Shown one piece after another: positions 20,021-30,276 of a stretch of DNA of 64,000 bases. Made by a program: the position numbers and the translations under genes. The stretch comes from an uncultured Nitrososphaeraceae archaeon (GTDB taxonomy: Archaea; Thermoproteota; Nitrososphaeria; Nitrososphaerales; Nitrososphaeraceae): positions 96,001 through 160,000 of the forward strand of contig CAVSMN010000011.1 of assembly GCA_963729045.1 (NCBI GenBank), read 5' to 3'. Numbering within the stretch: position 1 is the first letter of the stretch; each line of letters opens with the position of its first letter. Under the pieces are notes generated by a model. The model was not told the DNA's origin and made no database searches. It saw nothing but the letters and a program-made list of their open reading frames with translations.

Positions 20021-20606
20021 TTACGAATGCATTTTCAAGTGATATTGTTTGCTAAAAGGATTATCGAATATTTATCTAAAATATTTTAATATAATAATTG
20101 TAGCTACAAAAATACTATTAAATTTATAAATGAAGAGGGATGTAATAAGGAAAATTTTAAAAAGGATTGAAATTTATCCAAGAGTTGGTATTTTTTTAGA
20201 TATTATAGTATGTGAATTTGCACAGTGATTCTTCCGCCCATCACAATTTCATGATGGCGCCCATTTATAATTTGTTTTAACCGATTTCAGCCTGTTATAA
20301 AAGGAAATTTGATTTACCTCTTTTAGAAGATATTAACTATCCTTCGTCCTGATTCCCTACACTACAAAGAATGAAGTTCCATGTCATTTTGCCACATATC
20401 CAATTCGATTCGTGCCTTATACTTTTAACCTGTCACGTAGACACACGGCCAGTATTTGGTTGATATTAGTCGTAACAAGCGTCATGGATGAAAGCCAGAC
20501 TGGGTGGGCATTATCGTCTTTCCGAGAATGAACAATACGCAAATATAGATTTTAAATAAAAATATCAAAGGCAAATAAAAAAATTAAAAATAGAAAGATG
20601 GATTGG

Positions 20607-20894
20607 CTATTTTCCACCCTTTTGGTTTTTGACTACACTGCTTGTATCTACTGTTGGCTTTAAGCTCTTAATTTTGTCTTCACCTGGCTGGAAATCTGTC
20701 ATTGTGTTTTTTCCTTTTCCACCATCTACTCTATCCGCTCCATCTCCACCTGTGTTGGTGTCGTAGCCTGTGCCGCTGTTTATTGTGTCATCCCCTGCCC
20801 CACCCTCATTATAATCATTCCCGTCGCCGCTTGTTATTATGTCCGTTCCATTTCCACCGGTGTTGGTGTCGTCGCCTGTGCCCCTGTCTATTGT
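20607..20894 (-). pseudogene. 5'-truncated RTX/hemolysin-type calcium-binding repeat protein fragment
   Basis: Start-less frame reads TIDRGTGDDTNTGGNGTDIITSGDGNDYNEGGAGDDTINSGTGYDTNTGGDGADRVDGGKGKNTMTDFQPGEDK...*; in-frame TGA at 20898-20900. Confidence 0.8.
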
Positions 20895-21024
20895 GCGTCA
20901 GAATCCTCATTTGCAATTTATCGATTATAAGATTCGTTAGATCATTATCCCTGCTGTTAAATACAATCCTGATTAATAACATTCTATGAAAAGATTTTAG
21001 TTTGGAGTAATTCAAATAATAATA

Positions 21025-22735
21025 ATGTCGATTTCAATTTTTGTAAAGACTATTACACTCTATAGTATCGTTATAGTTTCATTTCTAAGTATCTTTCAAA
21101 CTTCAAGTACCATTATCCATGTTTTAGCCAGTAGCATAGAAGATCCCGATCGAATTTCAACAGACGGGTTTGACATATCTTATCGGATGAACGACCAAAA
21201 GGTAGGTGGATCTGAAAAACCATTTTGAAACGGGATTGGAAGATAGAAATAAAGATAACTGGGTGTTTGTCAACCATGATATTTATGGGTCAAGGAACAG
21301 TAATCAAACTCAGATCGACAAATCTAATGTGGGAGATTTAAAAGTTCAGTGGCGATTGAATAACACCTTTGAAATTCAGGACCCACCCATAATAGTAAAC
21401 GGTAGTGGTTATTTTCAGGACTATATAGGAAACATCATTTCTTTTGATACTCTAACTGGCAACATTAAATGGAGGCTTGATTTAGACGGAGGCCCAACTA
21501 TGGGTCTGTATTTTTCAGATGGAATAATTTATGCTACCGTGGGAACTAAAGCTAAAATTATTTCAGTGGACTCTAAGAATGGAGAGATATTGTGGGAGTC
21601 TCCAAAATTAGGAGATACCGGTTTAGGATATGCAATAAATTCACCCCCCTTGATTTGGAAAGATTATGTAATCGCAGGTTCTGGCGGTAGTGGATTACCC
21701 CCTGGAAAGGGATTTGTAAAGGGCAACATAACGGCGCTAAACAAAACAGATGGGAGCATTCTATGGAATATTGACACAACGACTGGAGCATGGGTTGAGA
21801 ACGGTAAAAATCCACCTAACGGCGGAGCAACAGCTTGGTCTGGCGGCTCAATCGACGCTGATACAGGAATTGCATATATCCCCTTGGGCAGTGCATCTCC
21901 TAATTTCAACGCATCAACAAGGCAATCACCTAATCTTTATTCTAATCACATGGTAGCAGTAGATATTAGAGAGGGCAAAATTATCTGGGCAACTCCATTT
22001 ATTGCTCATGGGACAGTCTTGAATGTAAAAGTTCCAGACACTCATGATTGGGATACTTCTTGGGGAAGTAGTGTAAGTAATGTAAAATTTGAAAATGGGT
22101 CAACAAAAAAAATAGTGATAGGGCATGACAAAATGGGCAATGTAATTGCAATGGATGCATTAAATGGGAAAGAAATATGGTGGACAAGTTTGGGTAGACA
22201 AGTTAACACTGACAGCCTACCATCACCATCTGGGAGCGGAATGATTTGGTCATACGGAATATATAACTACCACGCAGTGGACGAGGACACCTTATACATA
22301 ACCGCAACTAATAGAGGACTAAATTTTTTTACTGACGGATTAAGCGGACATAAAGAGGATCCCGAGAATTCGATCGAGCAGGGATTGGTAAATGGTAGTA
22401 TATATGCATTAGACAAAAAATCAGGTAATGTAAAATGGAAGATTGACACAGATTATCCTCCTAGAGTTTCTCCCATGGTTTCAAATGGGGTTGTTTACAC
22501 GGGTTACATCAAGTTTGGTGAAAACTATAGGACCGGAATCATCTTGGCACTAGACAGTAACACTGGGGAAAAACTTTGGGAATATGATGTTCGGGGTTCA
22601 ATCTCTCCTGTAGGAGCATCTATTGGGGATGGAATGCTTTTTGTACCTACTGACAAAGTCAATTTGTATCCAAACGAAGATGATGATAATGAGATAGGTG
22701 GATCGATAATCGCATTCATGCCAATAGAAAATTAA
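21025..22735 (+). CDS. Secreted PQQ-binding-like beta-propeller (quinoprotein dehydrogenase-like); +1 frameshift near 21223-21226
   Basis: 'NWVFVNHD..GSRNSNQTQID..NV..LKVQW', repeated AxDxxTGxxxW docking motifs, 'GGATAW', 'NLYSN'; the signal peptide lies in ORF 21025-21228. Confidence 0.85.
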
Positions 22736-22741
22736 TTGGAT

Positions 22742-23026
22742 TCAACCCTTATTTTTTTCATCTGTTGAGCATTCTAAACAACATAATGAAATAGAATTTG
22801 ACTTATTGTTCTTATATTTTATGGTACAGTTCTTACATTGATCATATGGGCAATAATCACATTTTCTAAGTTCATTGTCGCAAATCATTTTTGTACACAA
22901 CCTGCAAAAACTAAAGTGTTTATTGCAAATTGCATTATTACAGTAATAACATCTTTTTATTTCCTGACCCCTGGTCACATCGATGTTCTTTTCACATACT
23001 ATACAGACCTTCTTAGCTGGAGGCAT
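22742..23026 (-). CDS. Cysteine-rich repeat metal-binding protein
   Basis: 15 Cys in 94 aa; three CxxCxxxxC units at 15-residue period. Confidence 0.75.
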   Translation of the reverse strand: MPPAKKVCIVCEKNIDVTRGQEIKRCYYCNNAICNKHFSFCRLCTKMICDNELRKCDYCPYDQCKNCTIKYKNNKSNSISLCCLECSTDEKNKG

Positions 23027-23514
23027 TTTTGATCGGATTCCTTCCTTGCATTGTATTAATTATAGTAAATAGACAGTTAATTTAATTTATTTATGTAAGG
23101 GATTGTTGGAGCCAAATTATACTAAAAGACCATTTGAACTAGAATTGCTTATATAGCCACATACAATCTTGATTTAGATATTGGAATAAATAAAAATCCA
23201 AAAAACAGATTATAGAGGTATTGTAATCTTATTTGCTTTCTCACCGTGTATTCAAATTCAATCTTGTAATAGCGATAGGTATTTCATGCTATATTTAAAA
23301 GTGATAAACTCTATGCAATCATCCTTGCACGATAAGCACCTATTAGAACAAGGCTAAATATAGATTCAGAATCGTATAGATTAAACGTGAACTATAATCT
23401 AATTGACATTTCAATTTTATCTTTATGGTAGAAATATATTTCTAATAAAAATTTTGTTTTAATTGTACAGCTTGATCTTAAGAATTTTAAATAAATTCAA
23501 AAACCCATTAAACA

Positions 23515-23865
23515 TTGATAATGAAGAATATTATGATAATTTCTGTGATTTCTATGATTACGTTATTTTCGATTATAAATACCAATTATGCTTTTGCAGA
23601 TAATAAAGATACACAAGTTAAAACTGGGGAGAGCTCAGATGAACAAAACAGAGATCTTGTTCAAGATAATTACCAAAATAATCAATGTAGGGATGATGCA
23701 AAGTGCGATAATCAATCACTCGAACAGTTGAATAATCAAGTGAATCAATGTAGAGATGGTGCAAACTGCGTAAATGAATCAGTTTCAAACATATTCGTAT
23801 GCGAGGAAAAATCGTTGTGCTTGATCCAGTATGAAGGGCCATTTGAATTGCTAAATCCTTATTAA
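23515..23865 (+). CDS. Small secreted Asn/Gln/Cys repeat protein
   Basis: Signal peptide ending YAFA; NQCRDDAKCDNQS / NQCRDGANCVNES / FVCEEKSLC. Confidence 0.8.
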   Translation: MIMKNIMIISVISMITLFSIINTNYAFADNKDTQVKTGESSDEQNRDLVQDNYQNNQCRDDAKCDNQSLEQLNNQVNQCRDGANCVNESVSNIFVCEEKSLCLIQYEGPFELLNPY

Positions 23866-24344
23866 GTTAAGTTCGAATTATATTTTGGTTTTAGGAACAT
23901 AGGCTATGATGTTTTTAGTTCTCATATTGGAAATTTATACCCCTTTTTTAAGGTGTCGCCTTTAATTGTTAGATGATGTTTGAATACAGCACCCTTAACC
24001 CTAGTTAGAATTTCATCCTCTTCCAATCCCCAGTAAAATCTCAATAGGTCCTTTTTATGGGTTCAATCTTTATGACAACCAATTCAAACGTGTTCACGAG
24101 CTATTTACAACAAAATAAGTACTATTTTTGTGTCAAAATATACATATTTCATTGCAAATACTAGTTGATGGTCGGAACTTACTAACCTTATTTTCAAGTA
24201 TGGTTCATAGGATTAGAGTTCAATATTATCGGTGTTAGTGACAATTCTTAGATAATTTAATTTGAACATAATTACAACTAAAAAACTATTAAATATTCGC
24301 AATTCATCCAAAGGTTTAAAAAATTATGGAAATCCAATAATACT

Positions 24345-24515
24345 ATGATGGTACAACAATTGATTTGTGACCAATGCAAGATTGTATTACTAGAGAAGGA
24401 TTCAAAACATTTGAATGATGAAAGATTTCCCATAACCGAGGAAGAAGCTAAAATGATTGACAGGGATCACAGAGGTCATGAATGCCACATTGAATTGGTT
24501 GAAAAGTTTGCATAG
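24345..24515 (+). CDS. 56-aa C2H2-like zinc microprotein (not in ORF track)
   Basis: Translated by hand: MMVQQLICDQCKIVLLEKDSKHLNDERFPITEEEAKMIDRDHRGHECHIELVEKFA*. Confidence 0.75.
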   Translation: MMVQQLICDQCKIVLLEKDSKHLNDERFPITEEEAKMIDRDHRGHECHIELVEKFA

Positions 24516-24695
24516 AATCACCCAAATGTAAACAATAACTTTAATTAGAAATAAATTGAAAAGAAATTGGCAATGAAGAAAAATTTTAATGATATGGATG
24601 ATTAAAAAATGTTATCCCTCGGAGCCAAATAAAAATAGTAGTGGAATATGAATAGTCATTATCCAAAGATCAGTAAAATAACTGTTATAATGTAC

Positions 24696-24887
24696 CTATG
24701 ATCCAAAGAACTCTGCTTTATGCTCCTCACTGCAAAAATAATCGATTTTTTTTACCCCCAGATTAGAGTCACCATCCACATGAGGCCAAGCCAAATTGAG
24801 TTTTATTTCTCGACCGCATAAAGCACAATGTATTATCCTTTCGTCAATATCCTCATTACTTTTAAAATTATTCACTGACGAATCCAT
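24696..24887 (-). CDS. TRASH/YHS-like metal-binding microprotein
   Basis: CALCG...YFCSEEH motif. Confidence 0.7.
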   Translation of the reverse strand: MDSSVNNFKSNEDIDERIIHCALCGREIKLNLAWPHVDGDSNLGVKKIDYFCSEEHKAEFFGS

Positions 24888-24960
24888 TTGAACTAGACGT
24901 CATATAAGCTAGAATACTAAAGAAAGAATTTATGTAAGATAACTAAAGAAGATAAGTATA

Positions 24961-25254
24961 TTGTCTTTCTTTGGAAATGCATCAGGAAGTAATAGTAAGA
25001 AAAGAGACAAGTACAAAGAATTAACCCTTGCTATAAAACAAATTGTACTTGAAAGATCAAAAAATAGGTGTCAGGAATGTTCAAAGAAATTATCTGGAAC
25101 AAATCAACCACATTTTATTTATATAAATGGGTCAAAAAAGGATAACAGACCAGAAAACTTGCGGGCTGTTTGTCCTGAATGTTATGAGGGTAACAGTCCA
25201 AATAATAACGGAAATATGTTCTCATCAATCAAAAAAATATTTTCAAAATCATAA
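24961..25254 (+). CDS. HNH-endonuclease-fold protein with degenerate active site
   Basis: RCQEC...FIYINGSKKDNRPENLRAVCPECY. Confidence 0.7.
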   Translation: MSFFGNASGSNSKKRDKYKELTLAIKQIVLERSKNRCQECSKKLSGTNQPHFIYINGSKKDNRPENLRAVCPECYEGNSPNNNGNMFSSIKKIFSKS

Positions 25255-25309
25255 TTTCATTCTTACAACTTTTTTAAGAGATTTTATCATCCCATGGTAT
25301 GTAATACGA

Positions 25310-26120
25310 CTAACTCAATGCAAATGAGCCTTTCATGAAAGGATGAAGAGTACAAAAGTAATCATACTTTGATTCGGTAAGACTGGTTGTATCGAGAACG
25401 TATTTCTTATCCGTCATTATCAATGATGAATCAAAGGATTTGCCATCATCAGCGAAACTAGTCACCGTATGCGGAACATTGTCTAAATTAGTCCATTCTA
25501 TAGCTTCACCCTTTTTGGCTTCGATTATTGCTGGTTCATAAGAGGGATTTCCCTGACCCGAGGCACCGGCAGGGATGGTAGCAGGAACAATAGTAGTATT
25601 AACAACTTTGGGGATTGTTGAATTTTGAGAGTCACCACCCGTTTTTTCATCTTCTGAAGTCGCAGTCGCAGGTGAAGCCATCCATGCAGTAGATACTATC
25701 AAACCAGAGCCGATAATCATAACCACTACACATGCTATGGATATTTTAATTAAATGAGCATTATTCCTGTATGAAGCGATTATTATTATTATTGAGGGAA
25801 TACTTATAGTAACAATAATGGCGATATAAGAAAATATTGAGGGAACCTTGGTGCTTATTTGCACAGCCCCGATGATTCCAACAGTTATAAATAGAATCAA
25901 TATTATACCCACCGCAGTTTTGGATTTTTTTGAAGTAGGAAAACCATCTTTAAAGAGCCCAGCAGACAAGAATATTAATCCAAAGAACATTACATAAGAT
26001 TGAAACGGCGTGCATCCCATCCATAAATGTTTTAGCAATTCCAGAAAGAGCTACGGCTACTCCAGTAGCACCAACAGCTGTTAAACCAACACCCGGCATG
26101 AGCAAGTCCCAGTCTGTCAT
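25310..26120 (-). CDS. Multi-pass membrane protein with a C-terminal type-1 cupredoxin domain; +1 frameshift near 25994
   Basis: Start MTDWDLLMPGVGLT at 26120; several TM helices; 'WTNLDNVPHTVTS...YFCTLHPFMKG' (His, Cys, His, Met ligands). Confidence 0.88.
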
Positions 26121-26216
26121 GAATATATTAAAAGGTGAGTATGGTATAATTAATACTTTCTTTATTTTAATTCGTAAAAACAGGTTTCCATTTTAAGGGC
26201 AAGGATCTGACGGCGA

Positions 26217-26652
26217 ATGAATCAACTAACAATAGAGCTCAAAGTTAGTCAACTGTCAAAATTAGATAAGACTGCAACTATGAGTAATCCACAAGAGTCG
26301 TGCGCGCTATTATTGGGCAGGAAGAAAGATAACGTCTATGAGATCGAGAGAGGTAATTCCCATGAATAATAGAGATTCATCGGAGGTCAGATTTACTATG
26401 GATGAAAATGAATTATTGAAAATTTATAAATACGCAGAATTATTGAACACTTCAGTCGTTGGCATATTTCATTCACATCCCTCCAAGCCCTTTCCATCAG
26501 AAACCGACAAGACTTTCATGGAGATTAATCCAATACCATGGTTAATCAAATCCACAATAACTGATGAGATAAGATGTTTTATTTTCAGTGATTCATCGAA
26601 AGGAAAAATTGAGGGTATCGAAGAAATCAAGATGGTTATTGTCAAGGACTAA
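26217..26652 (+). CDS. JAMM/MPN+ (Mov34) metalloprotease; frameshift near 26345-26352
   Basis: 'PQESCALLLG' in the frame from ATG 26217, then 'GIFHSHPSKPFPSETD' (HxH..S..D). Confidence 0.88.
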
Positions 26653-27983
26653 TTCTGGAAGTATCTCTAGGGTACAATACTGCCTCTCTAATATTATTAA
26701 GACCTAATAATACCATCATTAATCTGTCAAATCCCAGCCCACAGCCTGAGTGTGGTGGCATCCCCCACTCAAAGACTCTCAAATGATCTTTAAAGTTTTC
26801 GGGAGATAATCCCTGTTCTGCCAGTCGACTTTTCAGTTTTGACACATCGTGTTGCCTGGTCCCTCCAGATACCAGTTCAAGATGGCCAAACTGCAAATCA
26901 AATGATTTTGACAGGGTAGGACTGGATTCCTTCTCGTGTATGTAAAAAGGCTTGAGATTAAGTGGCCAATCAACGATGAAATAAAACTTGTCAAATTTTT
27001 CTCCTAATTTTCTTAAAGAGGAATCGGATAGATCATCTCCAAAGGTAACTTTTTCTCCGAGACTAGTTAATTCTTCCAAGCACTTATCGTAACTTATCTT
27101 TGGAAATGGATTTGAAATCAAATGGTCTAATGTGTTTTCTTTTATGAACGGATTCTCACTGTCGATATAATCGGAATCTCTCAAATGCATGAGTATTTTC
27201 TTGATCAATTCTTCCACTAAATTCATTACGTCATAATAATCAAGGTAAGCTGCTTCTAAATCAACACTCAAAAATTCATTAAGATGTCGAAGAGTATGAG
27301 AATTTTCGGCTCTAAAAAATGGTGCAATTTCAAACACACGATCCAAAGCCAAGACCAGTTGTTCTTTATATAACTGAGGGCTTTGAGCTAAAAACCCTTT
27401 TCGTTTGAAATAATCAAATGAAAAAAGGTTTGATCCTCCTTCACTTGCACTTCCTATGATTTTCGGGGTATTCACTTCTATGAACTTGTTTTCAGAGAAA
27501 AAATCTCGAATTATCCTCAAAATATTGGAACGAATGAGAAAGATATTAGAAATTTTGGGGTTTCGCAGATCCAAGAGCTCTACTGTCCAGCCTGGTATCC
27601 AAATTAGATTCAACCCTGCCTGTTGGATCAATAGGGAGAGATAGGGTAGCGGGTGAGAAAACAAAAATTTCCTTGACTTTGATTTCGAAAGGAAAATTCT
27701 TAGATTTAGTACCTTGCACTATTCCTGTTATCAAAATATTACTCTGTCTAGGAATTGATTTAGCTTTTTGCAAATTCTCTCCGACCAAAACAGTTTGAAC
27801 CAAACCGGTTACATCTCTAAGTAAGATGAATCCAAGTTTACCTATGTCCCTGAAATCCTCAATCCACCCTGCGACTTTAACTTCTGAACCTGTCTGTAAC
27901 CCTTGCAATTCAGAAGTGAAGTGAGTTCTCGTATTCCTGTTTGATTCATTCTGAGCTGAGTGAGCCATATCTAATGAAATCAA
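26642..27983 (-). CDS. aspS: Aspartate--tRNA(Asp/Asn) ligase, archaeal type; +1 frameshift near 27572
   Basis: OB-fold N-terminus (RTHF..VAGW..RDIG..FILLRD); 'LDLR', 'LAQSPQLYKE', 'FRAE', 'GMPPHSGCGLGFDR', 'YPRD'; an extra G in GCT CTT GGA TCT splits the ORF. Confidence 0.95.
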
Positions 27984-28035
27984 TCAACTCCTTTTAATAA
28001 ACTACATGTTCAGCATTGAAATCCAAATAAAGTTT

Positions 28036-28539
28036 TCAATCTAACTCAGTTATGAGATCGATTTGCCTAACTGCCATAGATATCATTTTTATAGTTTCTA
28101 ACCTTTTTTCATCAATTCCCTCAGAATTCTTTGCCAGTACAACCCTTGTTAACTTACTCCCGTCGGGTAACCAGACAAAATTTACACTTTCTAACTTGAT
28201 TGGATGAAATAGATTGTCTAAAAATCTTCGATCATTAGAATCAGATTCAATTATCCAAATGTCTTTCTGGAATGCTTTATTTATGATATCACTTAGTTCA
28301 TTGTTTGAACGGATTAACCTGATATCAGAACTCTTGAGCATTAATATATGTTCATTTTTAATTTCTTTTGCCGATACTAATGTCATTTTATTTATGGTAG
28401 AATTTTTTTGAGCTAGTCTTGTAAGAACTATAGAGCTCTCAACGTCTGATTGTGTGATCTGGCCCGACTCGAGTTTGCTTTCACACAAGTTACACAAAAT
28501 ACCTGTTTTAGCATCAAAAGTACAAATAGGGGTTTTCAT
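28036..28539 (-). CDS. NusA-like KH/zinc-ribbon transcription factor (archaeal)
   Basis: MKTPICTFDAKTGILCNLCESKL...WLPDGS. Confidence 0.75.
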   Translation of the reverse strand: MKTPICTFDAKTGILCNLCESKLESGQITQSDVESSIVLTRLAQKNSTINKMTLVSAKEIKNEHILMLKSSDIRLIRSNNELSDIINKAFQKDIWIIESDSNDRRFLDNLFHPIKLESVNFVWLPDGSKLTRVVLAKNSEGIDEKRLETIKMISMAVRQIDLITELD

Positions 28540-28739
28540 TACCACTTTAAACCTAATAAAAGAAATCACTTAAATATCTTTGATTTTTTTAGACGATCCA
28601 TTCGTATCATAAATACTTTGAATCATTAATTTTTATTTTTTATTACGTAGATAGAAAATCTATGTAAAATATATATTTAAACTTGAGCCATGCTTTATGA
28701 TGGATCAAATGTCTTAAAGGTAGAAGACGATATAAAGAT

Positions 28740-29015
28740 TCATTGGCATTTTGGCAAATATTTGAGATTATTGGGCAATTTCAAGTTAGTGGTGGTAGTA
28801 AGATAAGGTTCATTGGTAGATGGATGTCTAAGTGCAAATACCCTTACCCTAATCCCATTTGCTATTGTAAAATAAGTGTTCTCTCTTGACCATATTTTTT
28901 CAGCGATAGTTTTAACATCAAAAATATCTCCATTAATTCCCACTTGAAATATAATCCCATGTGTATTTTTTTTTACACAGGTTATAAGTAATTCAGTCAT
29001 GAATTCAGAAATCAA
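28740..29015 (-). CDS. DUF3892-like protein
   Basis: 'ITCVKK', 'YFT..NGIRVRV', 'YLTT....PNNLKYLPKC' C-terminus typical of DUF3892. Confidence 0.7.
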   Translation of the reverse strand: MISEFMTELLITCVKKNTHGIIFQVGINGDIFDVKTIAEKIWSRENTYFTIANGIRVRVFALRHPSTNEPYLTTTTNLKLPNNLKYLPKCQ

Positions 29016-29169
29016 AATAAAATGACCCGATCACAAATAAAATTGTTTAACACACTAAAATTGATGACCGGTCTTATGCAAAAAAATTTTATAAAGCAAA
29101 AGGGAAAGTGAACTTATGATGAATAAACAAAAGCCTAATTCTGCATAATCAGAAGAGAAGTAATTTGAA

Positions 29170-30183
29170 ATGAATGAGGGAAACAGATTTTATACAAACA
29201 AACCTGGTAAAAGAGGAAACTGTTCGATTGAAGTCAATGATCTTTCTATCGAATATGAAACAAAATCAGGAATTTTAAGGGCCGTTGATAAAATTTCGTT
29301 CAAGATGAATGATGACCAAGGTATCGGTATAATAGGGGAATCCGGATCAGGAAAGAGTTCACTTGGCTATGGACTCATGAGATCATTGGCAGAAAATGGG
29401 TCCGTTGTATCCGGAAGTTTCATTTTTGAGGACCAAGATATTTTGAATATCTCAGAAAGGGAATTCAATGAGAAATACAGGTGGAAGAAAATATCAATGG
29501 TGTTTCAGGGTTCAATGAATAGTCTTGATCCAGTGTTTACTATACAAGATCAGATGAAAGAAATTTTGACATCACACAGGAAAAATATATCTAATAAAGA
29601 TTGTAATTCGATTTTAAGGTCTGCTCTTACTGATGTAGGACTAAATCCCGACCTCGTTTGTAAGAAATACCCACATGAATTGAGTGGTGGAATGAAGCAA
29701 CGAATAGTAATAGCCAATGCATTATTGCTTGGGCCAAGAATTCTAATCGCAGACGAACCAACTACAGCATTAGATGTAGTGATTCAGTCTCAAGTTTTAC
29801 AATTACTACGAAAATTAATAGAGGAAAAAAATATGAAAATAATAGTGATTACTCATGACATGTCACTGATTCCAAATCTAGTAGATAGAGTAATCATAAT
29901 GTACGCAGGTCAAGCTGTTGAAATATCGGATATAAGAACAGTGTTTGATAAACCTTTGCACCCATATACCCAAGCCCTCATTCAATCAATACCTCACATA
30001 AGATCCTCAGAGAAATCCATCAAATTCATTAGAGGAGACCCCCCTAATTTGACAGAAATAGGAGAAGGTTGTCGGTTTCTAGATAGATGTCCTCGTGCAT
30101 TTGGAGATTGCAAAAACGATCCCCCTGACATACAAGTTGGTAATAATATGGTAAAGTGTTGGCTTTATAAAAATGACAGTTGA
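29170..30183 (+). CDS. Oligopeptide/dipeptide ABC transporter ATP-binding protein (OppD/DppD type)
   Basis: GESGSGKS, LSGGMKQR, ADEPTTALD, PLHPYT and Cys-rich C-terminus. Confidence 0.93.
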   Translation: MNEGNRFYTNKPGKRGNCSIEVNDLSIEYETKSGILRAVDKISFKMNDDQGIGIIGESGSGKSSLGYGLMRSLAENGSVVSGSFIFEDQDILNISEREFNEKYRWKKISMVFQGSMNSLDPVFTIQDQMKEILTSHRKNISNKDCNSILRSALTDVGLNPDLVCKKYPHELSGGMKQRIVIANALLLGPRILIADEPTTALDVVIQSQVLQLLRKLIEEKNMKIIVITHDMSLIPNLVDRVIIMYAGQAVEISDIRTVFDKPLHPYTQALIQSIPHIRSSEKSIKFIRGDPPNLTEIGEGCRFLDRCPRAFGDCKNDPPDIQVGNNMVKCWLYKNDS

Positions 30184-30276
30184 TTTATACCATTTAGACG
30201 ATTTGACTCTAATTGTCCAATGGGTATTTTTATAGATATTAAGTTTATATCTTAAAATACAGAATAATAAACATTA

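Noticed and set aside
20702..21015. Cys/His-rich ORF 20702-20989 (+) and Arg/His-rich ORF 20815-21015 (-)
   Set aside because: They are antisense and off-frame shadows of the RTX-repeat fragment.
19492..26120. Integrated element at tRNA-Ala
   Set aside because: The downstream region looks variable, but I found no duplicated tRNA end (att site) and no integrase. The CCGGCCC near 19754 is only a 7-nt inverse match to the tRNA 5' end.
26642..27983. Programmed frameshifting or a naturally split aspS (and similar splits elsewhere)
   Set aside because: No slippery heptamer at the break, and similar single-base insertions hit many unrelated genes; assembly error is simpler.
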